Shown: one piece after another, positions 47,599 to 57,725 of the stretch
How positions within the stretch are numbered: the stretch's first letter is position 1
Layout: each line of letters starts with the position of its first letter
NCBI GenBank assembly: GCA_046348645.1
Contig: JAXMDU010000007.1
Coordinates: forward strand, 6,727-70,726
Direction of reading: 5' to 3'
Length of the DNA stretch: 64,000 nucleotides
DNA from: Alphaproteobacteria bacterium
GTDB taxonomy: Bacteria; Pseudomonadota; Alphaproteobacteria; JAXMDU01
Position numbers and translations under genes: made by a program
The notes under the pieces: model-generated
Told to the model about the DNA's origin: nothing
What the model saw: only the letters and a program-made list of their open reading frames with translations
Database searches by the model: none

Positions 47599-48354
47599 AT
47601 GACCGACGGGGTGCCACGGCTCGAAGTCCGATCGCTGGTCAAGCGGTTTGGCGGCGCGACTGCGGTCGATGGTGTCGATCTGCGCATGGCGGCGGGCGAG
47701 GTCGTCGGTCTGATCGGCCCCAATGGATGCGGAAAAAGCACGCTTCTCAATCTGATCATGCGCGTGCTTCAGCCGACAAGCGGCAAGGTGCTGATCGACG
47801 GGGTCGCAACCAGCCGGATGGCGACCCATCAGATTGCGCGTCTTGGCGCGCATTACGGTTTTCAGCGGACCCGGCTTCTGCCCGAGGTCTCGGTTGTCGC
47901 CCATATCGAAATGGCGCTGGCCGAACATGGCCTGGCGCGCAGCCTTGCGGCGCGGCGATGGGTGGATCGCACGGGACGTGAACGGGCGGCCGAAGTGCTA
48001 AAATCCCTTGGGATCGAAGCCTTAAGCGGACAGCGGGCTTCGGAACTGTCGTACGGTCAGCGGCAGCTTCTCTGCCTTGCCATGGCATCGGTGCGAAAGG
48101 CGAAAATCGTGCTGCTCGATGAACCGCTGGCGGGCCTCTCGGGCGAATCGATCGAGCGATTCGGCAACCATGTCCGGGGGTTCGCACGTGATGGTGCAGC
48201 GGTGATGATCGTCGAGCATCGGATCAAGTCGCTGGCCGCGATCTGCCCGCGATTCATCGTGATGAACGAAGGCCGCATCATTGCCGATGGCGCCCCGCGG
48301 GATGTCATCGAGCGCCCCCAGGTCGTAAGCGCCTATTTTGGACGGCGAGCCTGA
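47599..48354 (+). CDS. ABC transporter ATP-binding protein (LivG-type)
   Basis: About 251 aa with Walker A GPNGCGKST, ABC signature LSYGQRQ and Walker B IVLLDEP. Confidence 0.85.
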   Translation: MTDGVPRLEVRSLVKRFGGATAVDGVDLRMAAGEVVGLIGPNGCGKSTLLNLIMRVLQPTSGKVLIDGVATSRMATHQIARLGAHYGFQRTRLLPEVSVVAHIEMALAEHGLARSLAARRWVDRTGRERAAEVLKSLGIEALSGQRASELSYGQRQLLCLAMASVRKAKIVLLDEPLAGLSGESIERFGNHVRGFARDGAAVMIVEHRIKSLAAICPRFIVMNEGRIIADGAPRDVIERPQVVSAYFGRRA

Positions 48355-49093
48355 ATTGGGTCCGCTCATCGAAATCAAGGGCGTGACCCACGCGTATGAT
48401 CGCGTGCCCGTGCTCAGCAGTGTGTCGCTCAGCGTGGCTGCGCACGAACGGGTGTTTATCATCGGCGCGAATGGCGCCGGAAAGTCAACCGTCGCCCGCA
48501 TCGTGGCGGGGCTTGTCAGGCCGGTCGCGGGATCCGTCCATTATGATGATCGCGACATCACCGGCATGGCCCCCTATGCCGTAGCGCGCCTCGGGATCAG
48601 CTATGTGCCGGCCTATCGGTCCGTGTTCCCCTATCTTTCGGTCGAGGACAATCTGGAACTTGGTGCGGACATGTTCCTTGCCGGGCTGTCGCGGAGCCAG
48701 GCCCGGGCAAGCCTTGCCGAGCGCAAGGATAGGGTCCTTAACATCTTCCCGGCCCTGGCTGCCAAGCGAAAATCCGACGCCCTGCGGCTGAGCGGCGGGA
48801 TGCAGCGCATGGTCGAGGTCGGGCGCGCCGTCATGGCGAACCCCAGGGTTCTCATTCTCGACGAGCCGACGCTCGGGCTGGATGGTGGCGCCGTCAGACA
48901 GATGGCCGAGGGTCTCAGCCATCTGGGCAAAAGCGGCACAACGTTGATTGTGATCGAACAGAACGTCCCTTTCGTCACGTCGATCTGCGATCGTGGCTAT
49001 CTCATGAACGGGGGGCAGGTCGTTCTCGCCGGGTCGGGCAAGGCGGTGCTCGACTCGGACGAAGTCCGGAAGACCTACCTGGGTATCGTTTAG
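48338..49093 (+). CDS. ABC transporter ATP-binding protein (LivF-type)
   Basis: 251 aa with Walker A GANGAGKST, signature LSGGMQR and Walker B ILILDEP. Start uncertain; the ORF overlaps the livG end by 17 bp. Confidence 0.8.
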   Translation: MDGEPELGPLIEIKGVTHAYDRVPVLSSVSLSVAAHERVFIIGANGAGKSTVARIVAGLVRPVAGSVHYDDRDITGMAPYAVARLGISYVPAYRSVFPYLSVEDNLELGADMFLAGLSRSQARASLAERKDRVLNIFPALAAKRKSDALRLSGGMQRMVEVGRAVMANPRVLILDEPTLGLDGGAVRQMAEGLSHLGKSGTTLIVIEQNVPFVTSICDRGYLMNGGQVVLAGSGKAVLDSDEVRKTYLGIV

Positions 49094-49133
49094 GGTCGTG
49101 GCAAAGCGCGGGAAGGCATCAAAGGAAATCCAA

Positions 49134-50372
49134 ATGACCACGCAAGGCAAAGACAAGCCCCTCAATCTGCTGGCAGGCGTGCGCGTTCTGGATCTTGGGC
49201 GCCTGATGCCCAGCGCAATCGTCACAGCCGAGCTTGCCAAAATGGGCGCAGACGTCATCAAGGTCGAGCTGCCGCCCCATGGCGACTACTTCCGTGCGAC
49301 GCCTCCGTACATCAGGGGGCGGGGCGACATGCATCTCAATCTGAACCGCAACAAGCGCAGCATCTGCCTCGATTTTCGCTCCAGACGCGGTTGCGAGACC
49401 TTGCTTCGCATGGCGGCAAGCGCGCATGTCCTGTTGGAGGTATCGCGTCCCGGCACGATGGACGAGCTTGGCCTGGGCTACGCTGACGTCAGAAAGGTGA
49501 ACCCGGGCATCATCTACGCCTCGATCAGCGGGTATGGGCAGGATGGGCCCTATCATGCCCTGCCGGCGCACGGGCTGAGCGCCGATACAAGCTCGGGCAT
49601 GCTGGACGATTTTGACGCGCGGGGCATCCCGCGGATCCCTGACAATTATGTGTCGGTCGGACCGCGCGCCTGTGGGCTTTATGGCGCGATCGCGGTTCTG
49701 GGCGCGCTTTACCGGCAACAGGCAAGCGGCGAAGGCCAGTACCTCGATGTTTCGCAGGGGGATGCGACCGTTGCGTGGAACTACCGAAATCTCGACACCA
49801 TCGCCAATGGTGGCGAGCCGATGCCGTCCTATAACAAGCTGGGGCCACGGCACACGTTCTACCGCACGTCGGACGGCAAGTTCGTTCTGTTCGCGGCGAC
49901 AGAAAAGAAATTCTGGCACGTGTTCTGCGATGGTGTCGGCCGCCCGGATCTCAAGGCGCATGATACAGGCGAGATCGTCAGCTACGCGGAAGACGATGTG
50001 ATGCGGCAGTCATTGGTTGACATCATCGGCAGCCGCACGCGTGACCAGTGGCTCGAGTTCGGGGTGAAGACAGGCGTGCCGCTCTCGCCGCTGGTCGAGC
50101 GTACGGAACTGCCGGCAAACCCTAATATCGTGGCCCGGAACATGATCGAGACCGGTCCTCACCCGCTGGGGGGCGAGATCAGCCTGACCGGGCATCCTGT
50201 CAAGTTCGCGGGGCGTCGCATCCACTATACCGTTGCTCCGGAAATGGGCGCTGATAACGCCAGTGTCCTGGCAGACAGCGGCTTTTCGCAAGACGAGATC
50301 GATGCGCTTGTCCGGGACAAGATCGTGATCGGGCCGGATCCGAAGGCCCGGATGGAAAAGGGGGCATCATGA
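49134..50372 (+). CDS. Family III CoA-transferase (CaiB/BaiF)
   Basis: 412 aa with the N-terminal signature LAGVRVLDLGRLMPSAIVTAELAKMGADVIKVE. Confidence 0.85.
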   Translation: MTTQGKDKPLNLLAGVRVLDLGRLMPSAIVTAELAKMGADVIKVELPPHGDYFRATPPYIRGRGDMHLNLNRNKRSICLDFRSRRGCETLLRMAASAHVLLEVSRPGTMDELGLGYADVRKVNPGIIYASISGYGQDGPYHALPAHGLSADTSSGMLDDFDARGIPRIPDNYVSVGPRACGLYGAIAVLGALYRQQASGEGQYLDVSQGDATVAWNYRNLDTIANGGEPMPSYNKLGPRHTFYRTSDGKFVLFAATEKKFWHVFCDGVGRPDLKAHDTGEIVSYAEDDVMRQSLVDIIGSRTRDQWLEFGVKTGVPLSPLVERTELPANPNIVARNMIETGPHPLGGEISLTGHPVKFAGRRIHYTVAPEMGADNASVLADSGFSQDEIDALVRDKIVIGPDPKARMEKGAS

Positions 50373-50932
50373 CCCGATCCGGTGGGGAGATTCATTTCCG
50401 GTCATCGCAAGATACAACCGGAAAGACCCAGCAGATCCTGGGAAAGCTCGAGGAAAGCCGGAATATCAACACCATGATCCGGCTGCTTGCAAACTCGCCT
50501 AATGGCTTCCGGCCGTTCGTCATGATGTCGAATGCACTGCTGATGCAGGCAAAATTGCCGGCGACCGCGCGCGAGGTGGCGGTGCTTTGCCTGGCAAAGG
50601 CCAGGAATGCCGCCTATCAATGGCACGAACATGTCGAAATGTCGCGCAAGGTCGGGGTCACGGCCACCCAGCACGAAGCGATCGAGACTGGCCGATACGA
50701 CGATGAATCGATCTTCGACACCGGCGAACGGCTTGCCATGCGGATCGCGTTGAAGATGGCCCAGGGTTGCGACCTGTCGGCCGAAGATTGGCGTGACATG
50801 GAACAGCAGTGGGGCATCGAAGGCGCCCTCGACCTTGTGCTTACCGTCTCGTGGTGGGGCGGCTTTGTCCCGCTCATCATCAATGCATTGCGGATCCAAG
50901 GGCTGGAGAAAGCGGACACCAGCCCTGGCTAG
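50369..50932 (+). CDS. Carboxymuconolactone decarboxylase-family (AhpD-like) protein
   Basis: 187 aa, all-helical, following the AhpD/CMD-fold pattern. ATGA overlap with the preceding CoA-transferase. Confidence 0.65.
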   Translation: MTRSGGEIHFRSSQDTTGKTQQILGKLEESRNINTMIRLLANSPNGFRPFVMMSNALLMQAKLPATAREVAVLCLAKARNAAYQWHEHVEMSRKVGVTATQHEAIETGRYDDESIFDTGERLAMRIALKMAQGCDLSAEDWRDMEQQWGIEGALDLVLTVSWWGGFVPLIINALRIQGLEKADTSPG

Positions 50933-50983
50933 CTGTGAGCTTTCAAGGTCAGATAGAAGCAGTTCTATTTGAGGCTGTCTCAG

Positions 50984-52135
50984 TTACGCCCGGCCGAGGC
51001 CGAGATCCTTGGCGATCGAGGTCTTCAAGACCTCGGTCGAGCCGCCGCCGATCGGGTGGATCCGGCAGTCCCGGTAATGGCGCTCCATCGGAAAATCGGG
51101 CGTCATCGAATAGCCGCCCAGGATCTGCATGCCGTCATCGGCCACCTTGTGATATATCTCCGACGCAAAGATCTTGGCCATCGAGGCTTCCGTGCGGCAG
51201 GGGATTCCTGCTTCAAGCCGCCGTGCCAGATCATAGGTCGCGACGCGCACCAGATGGACCTGCATCTGCATCTCGGCGATCTTGTGCTGGATGGCCTGGA
51301 AGGACCCGATCGGCTTGCCGAACTGGATGCGGTCCTTGGCGTACTGAACCGCGCAATCCAGCGCATTCTGGGCACAGCCCGTCGACATGGCGCAGAGCGA
51401 GAAGCGCTCCTTCTCGAGGTTGGTCATCAGATGGGTCCAGCCCTTGTTGAGCTGGCCCAGCAGATCGCTCTTGTGAACACGGACGTCGTCATAGGTAACC
51501 CGGAACGTGCCGACCGAACGGAAACACAGCGTGTCCAGGCGCTGATAGCTGACACCGGGCGATTTCGGATCGACAAAGAGAAGGCTGAGACCGGCATGGC
51601 GTGGCGCGGTGGGATCGGTTCGCACCGCCAGCACCGTGCGGTCGGCAATGTCGATTTGCGAGTTCCAGATCTTTTGGCCGTTGACGATGAACCAGTCGCC
51701 GTCCTGCACGGCACGGGTCTGGATGCCGGCCGCATCCGAGCCGGCATTGGGCTCGGACAGGCTGAGCGATGACTTGAACTTGCCGGCCGCGATCAGCGGC
51801 AGGTATTTCTTCTTCTGCTCGTCCGAGCCATAGGTCAGCAGCGATTGGGCACCGTGGACCGTGGCCCGATAATAGAGCGTGGCAAAGTCGAGCGACGCAT
51901 AGGACAGGCCTTCAAGAATGATTCCCAGTTCGGTCCAGCCGAGGCCAGCGCCACCGTATTCCTCGGGGATCGCGGCGCCCATCCAGCCCATTCGGGCAAG
52001 CTTCTCGAAGGCCGCAAGCGGCGCCTGCCCGGTCTGGTCACACGCGCGGATGTAACTCTCGGGCACTTCGTTGCGCACGAATTCGCGCACCGAGTCGCGC
52101 AGGATCAGTTGCTCTTCGGTGAAGCCGAAATCCAT
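50984..52135 (-). CDS. Acyl-CoA dehydrogenase
   Basis: About 383 aa from MDFGFTEEQLILRDSVREFV, the canonical ACAD N-terminus. The C-terminal catalytic region is conserved. The ORF extends upstream to 52237; an alternative start is at 52159. Confidence 0.85.
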   Translation of the reverse strand: MDFGFTEEQLILRDSVREFVRNEVPESYIRACDQTGQAPLAAFEKLARMGWMGAAIPEEYGGAGLGWTELGIILEGLSYASLDFATLYYRATVHGAQSLLTYGSDEQKKKYLPLIAAGKFKSSLSLSEPNAGSDAAGIQTRAVQDGDWFIVNGQKIWNSQIDIADRTVLAVRTDPTAPRHAGLSLLFVDPKSPGVSYQRLDTLCFRSVGTFRVTYDDVRVHKSDLLGQLNKGWTHLMTNLEKERFSLCAMSTGCAQNALDCAVQYAKDRIQFGKPIGSFQAIQHKIAEMQMQVHLVRVATYDLARRLEAGIPCRTEASMAKIFASEIYHKVADDGMQILGGYSMTPDFPMERHYRDCRIHPIGGGSTEVLKTSIAKDLGLGRA

Positions 52136-52450
52136 ACCAGATCGCCAGTTGTCCACCATGGTCCTTGTCTCGATTAAAACGGGGTCTCGATTAGAACGGG
52201 CCCGTGATGAGCCCGGAACGAGCCTGCCAACAAGCAACCGACCGCGATCGGGGTGGCCGGCTGGCGTGGCAGGTTCGGGCCACCCTATCGATCGGTACCC
52301 GAGAAATCGCTTTTGCGTGTGAGCGTTGTCGGGCCTCGACAGCGCCGGGAAAGGATGGCGCCCCGCCCGAGCGGGCGGTCAAACGGCAAGCCCGCGTCCG
52401 ATCGCAAAATGCTTCTTCCATAATTAAGCAATCAGTCTATAATTCAAACC

Positions 52451-53083
52451 ATGTCATTGGCAAGCCCTTCGCGCCGTCGCGGCCGCCCTCCGAAAGCTCT
52501 GGCTGGCTACAGCGAGACAAAAGAGGCCTTGGTGCGCGCGGGTGTGATCGCGCTGACCGAAAAGGGATTCTCGGCCACCGCGATCGACGAGATCCTGACA
52601 AGCGTTGGCGTGCCCAAGGGCTCGTTCTACCACTACTTCGGCAGCAAAGAGGCCTTTGGCGCCGAATTGATCGATCGCTATGCCCTGTACTTTGCCAAGC
52701 GTCTTGAAAGTTTTTTCGGCAATCAGGCGCTATCCCCGCTTGAACGCCTCAAGGCCTTTGTGGCGGCGGCTGACGAGGCGATGCAGAGATTCGAATACAG
52801 GCGGGGATGCCTGGTCGGGAATCTGGGGCAGGAAATGAATGTCTTGCCTGCGGCCTATCGGATCCGGCTCAGCGATATCTTTGGCGACTGGCAGCGCCGC
52901 ACCGCGGCTTGCCTTCGCGCCGGCCAGGAAAGCGGCGAGGTCGGGTCGGTCCATGATGCCGATCAGTTGGCGGCTTTCTTCTGGATCGGCTGGGAAGGCG
53001 CCGTGCTGAGGGCCAAGCTCGAACGATCGAGCCTGGCGCTGCGGACGTTCGCCGAAGGCTATTTCACACTGGTCAGCCGATGA
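52451..53083 (+). CDS. TetR/AcrR-family transcriptional regulator
   Basis: 210 aa with an N-terminal TetR HTH (ALVRAGVIALTEKGFSATAIDEILTSVGVPKGSFYHYFGSKEAF). Confidence 0.85.
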   Translation: MSLASPSRRRGRPPKALAGYSETKEALVRAGVIALTEKGFSATAIDEILTSVGVPKGSFYHYFGSKEAFGAELIDRYALYFAKRLESFFGNQALSPLERLKAFVAAADEAMQRFEYRRGCLVGNLGQEMNVLPAAYRIRLSDIFGDWQRRTAACLRAGQESGEVGSVHDADQLAAFFWIGWEGAVLRAKLERSSLALRTFAEGYFTLVSR

Positions 53084-53090
53084 CTTTCCA

Positions 53091-53120
53091 GGTCTATTTA
53101 TAGACAAATGGTCTAATTAA
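53091..53120. promoter_or_regulatory. Overlapping palindromes GTCTAT-TT-ATAGAC and TAGAC-AAATG-GTCTA (GGTCTA repeated) between tetR and mmsA
   Basis: Seen directly (ggtctatttatagacaaatggtctaattaa), 8 bp after the tetR stop and 18 bp before the mmsA ATG. AT-rich. Confidence 0.5.
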
Positions 53121-53137
53121 GGGCGCGGGTGGTTTCG

Positions 53138-54658
53138 ATGCGGTCTCAAGCCAGTAGTGCCAAGCTTGCCATGATAGACAATTTCGTTGATGGGCGCCGC
53201 GTGCCGATCTCGGGTGCGCTTTACCAGGATGTCTTTGATCCGGCCTCTGGCGCTGTCACGGGGCGTGTCGGGCTGTCGCCGCGTCGCGATGTCGATGCGG
53301 CCGTCGCCGCGGCCGTGAAAGCGTTCCCGGCCTGGTCTGCCACATCGCCCATCCTGCGCGGCCGGGTCTTGAACCGCTTTCTCGCCCTGGTGAACCAGCA
53401 CCGCGACAGCCTTGCCCAAGCCATTACCCGTGAGCACGGCAAGGTGTTGTCCGATGCCCGAGGCGAGGTCGACCGGGCCATCGAGGTGATCGAGTTTGCC
53501 TGCGGCATTCCGCAGCTTCTGAAGGGAAGCTTCACCGAGCAGGTGTCAACGGGTATCGACAACTGGACATTGCGTCAGCCGCTGGGCGTCGTCGCCGGCA
53601 TCACGCCCTTCAATTTCCCCGTCATGGTGCCAGCCTGGATGTATCCCGTTGCCATCGCGGCTGGGAATACGTTCATTCTGAAACCCAGCCCGATCGATCC
53701 CACCCCCAGCCTTTTGGTTGCCGAGCTCCTCTGCGAAGCCGGTTTGCCAAAGGGTGTCTTCAACGTCGTGCAGGGCAGCAAGGAATCGGTCGATGCCTTG
53801 CTTGAACATCCTGATGTCGCGGCGGTGTCGTTTGTCGGCTCGACCCCGGTCGCGAACACGGTGTACGAGATCGCGGCCCGCCACCGAAAGCGCGTCCAGG
53901 CGCTGGGGGGGGCCAAGAACCATCTTGTCGTCATGCCGGATGCAGATACCGACAAGGCTGTCGATGCCATCATCGGTGCGGCCTATGGTTCGGCGGGCGA
54001 GCGGTGCATGGCCATCTCGGTTGCCGTGCTGGTTGGCCATGTCGCCGACGACCTGGTCGCAAGACTGAAAGCCCGCGCGAGCAGTCTTGTCATCAACGAC
54101 GGCATGGCCGATGGGGTCGAGATGGGCCCGATCGTGACCGCGGCGGCTCGGGATCGAATCACAGGTTACATCGACCTGGGTGTGGCCGAAGGCGCAGCGC
54201 TTGTCGTCGACGGCCGCGGATTCAAGGTGCCGGGTCGGGAGCGCGGCTTCTTTCTGGGAGCGACACTTTTCGACCACGTGACGCCCACCATGCGAATCTA
54301 CCGCGAGGAGATCTTCGGGCCGGTCCTGGTCTGTGTGCGCGTCGCAACATTCGAGGATGCCGTGCAGCTTATCAACGGGCATGAGTATGGCAACGGAACA
54401 AGCCTGTTCACGCGGGACGGGAACGCCGCCCGTGAATTCGGTCGGCGGATCCAGGTCGGAATGGTCGGCATCAACGTGCCGATCCCTGTGCCCATGGCCT
54501 GGCACGGCTTTGGCGGGTGGAAAAAAAGCCTGTTCGGCGACATGCATGCCTATGGCGAGGAGGGTGTGCGCTTTTACACACGGCAGAAATCCATCATGCA
54601 GCGCTGGCCGGACAGCATTGCCAAGGGGGCCGAGTTCGTCATGCCCACGGCCCGCTGA
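53138..54658 (+). CDS. mmsA: CoA-acylating methylmalonate-semialdehyde dehydrogenase
   Basis: About 506 aa aldehyde dehydrogenase, collinear with MmsA ([10 protein letters not shown]..., [33 protein letters not shown], catalytic Cys in GERCMA). The ORF starts at GTG 53129; ATG 53138 is preferred. Confidence 0.85.
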   Translation: MRSQASSAKLAMIDNFVDGRRVPISGALYQDVFDPASGAVTGRVGLSPRRDVDAAVAAAVKAFPAWSATSPILRGRVLNRFLALVNQHRDSLAQAITREHGKVLSDARGEVDRAIEVIEFACGIPQLLKGSFTEQVSTGIDNWTLRQPLGVVAGITPFNFPVMVPAWMYPVAIAAGNTFILKPSPIDPTPSLLVAELLCEAGLPKGVFNVVQGSKESVDALLEHPDVAAVSFVGSTPVANTVYEIAARHRKRVQALGGAKNHLVVMPDADTDKAVDAIIGAAYGSAGERCMAISVAVLVGHVADDLVARLKARASSLVINDGMADGVEMGPIVTAAARDRITGYIDLGVAEGAALVVDGRGFKVPGRERGFFLGATLFDHVTPTMRIYREEIFGPVLVCVRVATFEDAVQLINGHEYGNGTSLFTRDGNAAREFGRRIQVGMVGINVPIPVPMAWHGFGGWKKSLFGDMHAYGEEGVRFYTRQKSIMQRWPDSIAKGAEFVMPTAR

Positions 54659-54706
54659 GGCCGTCCAGGCAGCCGGTGGGATGACCCCTAAAGCGGGGCA
54701 ACGGTG

Positions 54707-56311
54707 ATGGAACACTATGATTATATCGTGATCGGCGCCGGTTCGGCTGGCTGTGTCGTTGCCAATCGGCTGTCTGCCGATCCGCGACATCGTGTTCTTC
54801 TGCTCGAGGCCGGCGGTTGGGATAACTGGATCTGGTACCATGTGCCGGTCGGATACCTGTTCGCCATCGGCAATCCGCGCTCGGACTGGATGTTCGAGAC
54901 CGAGAAAGAGCCGGGCCTTAACGGCCGCAGCCTGAAATATCCCCGCGGCAAGGTGATCGGGGGCTGTTCCGCCATCAATGCCATGATCTCGATGCGAGGG
55001 CAGGCGGCCGACTATGACCAGTGGCGGGATCTTGGCTTGCCTGGCTGGGGGTGGGATGACGTCGCCCCTCTTTTCAAGCGGCTCGACGACCATTTCATGG
55101 GCGAGACCGAGCATCACGGGGTGGGGGGCGAGTGGCACGTCGAAGCCCCCCGGCTTCGATGGAAGGTCCTGGATGCCGTCGCGCGGGCGGCAAACCAGAT
55201 GGGAATTCCGACCACGGCGGATTTCAATACGGGTGACAATACCGGGGTTGGCTATTTCCATGTCAATCAGAAGCGCGGGGTTCGCTGGTCGGCGGCACGC
55301 GGCTTTCTGAAGCCGGTCCTCAATCGTCCGAACCTGCGTCTTGAGACCGGGGTCCTGGTCGAACGCCTGGTGATCGAGGGGCAGCGCGCGGCTGGGGTCT
55401 TGTATCGGCAGCATGGGCAGATCATCAAGGCGGGCGCCAAGGCAGAAATCATCCTTTGCGCGGGGGCGATCGGCTCGACCCAGATCCTGCACCTGTCCGG
55501 GATTGGACCCGCCGACTGGCTGGCCGAACTGGGCATCGCGTCCGTCCTGCACAGGCCGGGCCTTGGGCGCAACCTTCAGGACCATCTTCAGCAGCGGGCG
55601 ATCTACAAGGTACGGGGCGTCAAGACGCTCAATGCAACCTATCACTCGCTGACAGGGCGCGCCCTGATGGCGGCGGACTATGCCTTGTTTCGGCGCGGGC
55701 CGCTGACAATGGCACCGTCGCAGCTTGGCATCTTCACCAAGTCGGCACCGGAACATGAACGCTCGAACATCGAGTTCCATGTCCAGCCGTTGTCGCTCGA
55801 CAAGTTTGGCGATCCGTTGCATCGTTTCCCGGCGATCACCGTCTCGGCTTGCAATCTCCGGCCGACATCCCGGGGGACCATCCGGTTGCGATCGCCCGAT
55901 CCCGCCGCAAAGCCGATCATCGCTCCCAATTATCTTTCAACCGATGCGGACCGCAGGGTGGCGGCGGATGCCATTCGCGTGACCCGCGACCTGATGCGAC
56001 AGGACGCGATGCAGCCGTATCATCCGGACGAACATGTGCCGGGCCCCGGCGTCGGTGACGACGACATGTCATTGGCCAAGGCCGCGGGCGACATCGGCAC
56101 GACGATTTTTCATCCGGTCGGCACGGCCAAGATGGGCCTTGCTTTGGACCCCATGGCGGTTGTCGACCAGCGTCTCCGGGTCATCGGGCTGGACGGCTTG
56201 CGCGTGATCGATGCTTCGGTAATGCCGACCATAACATCTGGCAACACCAACACGCCGATCATCATGATTGCCGAGAAGGGGGCCGGCATGGTGATCGAGG
56301 ATCGGCGCTAG
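54707..56311 (+). CDS. GMC-family FAD-dependent oxidoreductase (choline/alcohol dehydrogenase-like)
   Basis: About 534 aa with an N-terminal FAD Rossmann (DYIVIGAGSAGCVVANRL), the GMC signature and a C-terminal His/Asn active-site region (IFHPVGTAKMG). Confidence 0.85.
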   Translation: MEHYDYIVIGAGSAGCVVANRLSADPRHRVLLLEAGGWDNWIWYHVPVGYLFAIGNPRSDWMFETEKEPGLNGRSLKYPRGKVIGGCSAINAMISMRGQAADYDQWRDLGLPGWGWDDVAPLFKRLDDHFMGETEHHGVGGEWHVEAPRLRWKVLDAVARAANQMGIPTTADFNTGDNTGVGYFHVNQKRGVRWSAARGFLKPVLNRPNLRLETGVLVERLVIEGQRAAGVLYRQHGQIIKAGAKAEIILCAGAIGSTQILHLSGIGPADWLAELGIASVLHRPGLGRNLQDHLQQRAIYKVRGVKTLNATYHSLTGRALMAADYALFRRGPLTMAPSQLGIFTKSAPEHERSNIEFHVQPLSLDKFGDPLHRFPAITVSACNLRPTSRGTIRLRSPDPAAKPIIAPNYLSTDADRRVAADAIRVTRDLMRQDAMQPYHPDEHVPGPGVGDDDMSLAKAAGDIGTTIFHPVGTAKMGLALDPMAVVDQRLRVIGLDGLRVIDASVMPTITSGNTNTPIIMIAEKGAGMVIEDRR

Positions 56312-56520
56312 CGGCGTGTTTTTGCAGTGTTCGGGGTCCAGGGCTTGACACCTTTTTGGCCGCCACCCTACCGTATGTTCATGAATAAGATCGATTGTTC
56401 GTAATTGCGAACAACCGCACTGGCCCCGCCACGCGCGACATGTCCGCACGGGCTGCAAACGCGCGGTGATCCGGTCCGCCAGTCGGCCATCGCATTGCAA
56501 AACCGGGGAGGGAATCGAAA

Positions 56521-57567
56521 ATGAGCCATCTCGTATTCAAGATTGCCGGCTTTGCCACGACGATCGCGCTTGCCGCCGGTCTTGCGATGCCGGCGGCCGC
56601 ACAAAGGATCGACGGCCCCAGGGTCCAGTGGAACTTGAATACACACGGACCGAAGCGAGCTGCCACGGCCGGGTTCGAGGAATTGGCGCGGGTGATGCAC
56701 GAGGCGACAGCCGGCAATTTCGAGATCAGGATCAATTACGGCGAAGCGCTGGGCCCCGCCAAGGAAGTGCTCGATGCCACCTCGATCGGCGCCTACGAAT
56801 TGGGGTTCGCCTGTGTCGGGTATGCGCCGGGCAAGCTGCCAACGGTGGAAGGAGTGGGGCTTCCATTCCTGCCGACCCCCAGCATCCACCACGTTCGCGC
56901 CTTGCGCGAGGGCTATATGGCCCACCCGGTGCCGCTGCGCGATGTGGCGCGCTGGGGTTCGCTCTATCTCACCTCGATGCCGTCGTCATCGAACGAATTC
57001 CTGGGCAAGGGAAAACCGCCGAAGGCCCTTTCCGATTTCAAGGGTATGCGCGTCCGGGCACAAGGCGGCGAGGCCGATGCCATGCGCCTGCTTGGCGCGG
57101 TGCCGACCAACCTTCCGGCGCCGGAAATCTACCAGGGCATGGAACGCGGCCTGCTCGATGCCTCGTCGACCCTTTATTACGCCCATGCCGCCTACAAGAC
57201 GCATGAAGTCGCGAACTGGTACACGACCAACCTTGCGCTTTCGTCTTCGCCTTGCCTGCTTGTCGCCAGTTCCAAGGCGCTTGACGCGTTGCCGCCGCAG
57301 TACCGCAAGCTGATGACAGAATCGATCCCGGCCGTTGTCGATCACTGGGTCAAGGCCCTGGACGCGGACGACCTCAAGGCGGCCGAGATGTTCAAGGAAA
57401 AGCGCCTGGTCCCCGTGACCTTCGTCGAAAGCGATCTCGAGAACCTGCGCCGCCAGGTTCGCCCGATCTGGGACCGCTGGGTGGCCGACATGGACAAGCT
57501 GGGCCATAACGGCAAGGAATTGCTGCAGCTGATGCTGGACAGCGCCAAGAAGGCGCGGGTGAGCTGA
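56521..57567 (+). CDS. TRAP-type periplasmic solute-binding protein (COG4663 type), paralog 3, orphan
   Basis: 348 aa with a GGGAGGG RBS and a signal peptide. Collinear with paralogs 1 and 4 (about 50% identity by eye). No TRAP membrane genes adjacent. Confidence 0.8.
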   Translation: MSHLVFKIAGFATTIALAAGLAMPAAAQRIDGPRVQWNLNTHGPKRAATAGFEELARVMHEATAGNFEIRINYGEALGPAKEVLDATSIGAYELGFACVGYAPGKLPTVEGVGLPFLPTPSIHHVRALREGYMAHPVPLRDVARWGSLYLTSMPSSSNEFLGKGKPPKALSDFKGMRVRAQGGEADAMRLLGAVPTNLPAPEIYQGMERGLLDASSTLYYAHAAYKTHEVANWYTTNLALSSSPCLLVASSKALDALPPQYRKLMTESIPAVVDHWVKALDADDLKAAEMFKEKRLVPVTFVESDLENLRRQVRPIWDRWVADMDKLGHNGKELLQLMLDSAKKARVS

Positions 57568-57725
57568 TACCCGTCGGTCGCGAGCGACGGAACCAAGCCT
57601 GGCCGCCCCGTCCTTTGCCGGGATGGGACGATTTCTTTACCCTGGTGGATGACCCGGGCCCGCCGGCCCTTTTGTCACCACAGTGATGGGGCAGGCGGGC
57701 GTCGGCAATTACGACGGGAATTGTC

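Noticed and set aside
44333-47759. 455-aa and 408-aa minus-strand ORFs
   Set aside because: Antisense to the Liv-type SBP and permease genes.
53546-55822. 758-aa minus-strand ORF
   Set aside because: Antisense to mmsA and the GMC oxidoreductase, with no domain signature.
56335-56415. Shared TCATGAATA element upstream of TRAP SBP paralogs 1 and 3 as a common operator
   Set aside because: The match is only a 9-mer around a trivially palindromic TCATGA core. Flanks do not align, and paralogs 2 and 4 lack it.
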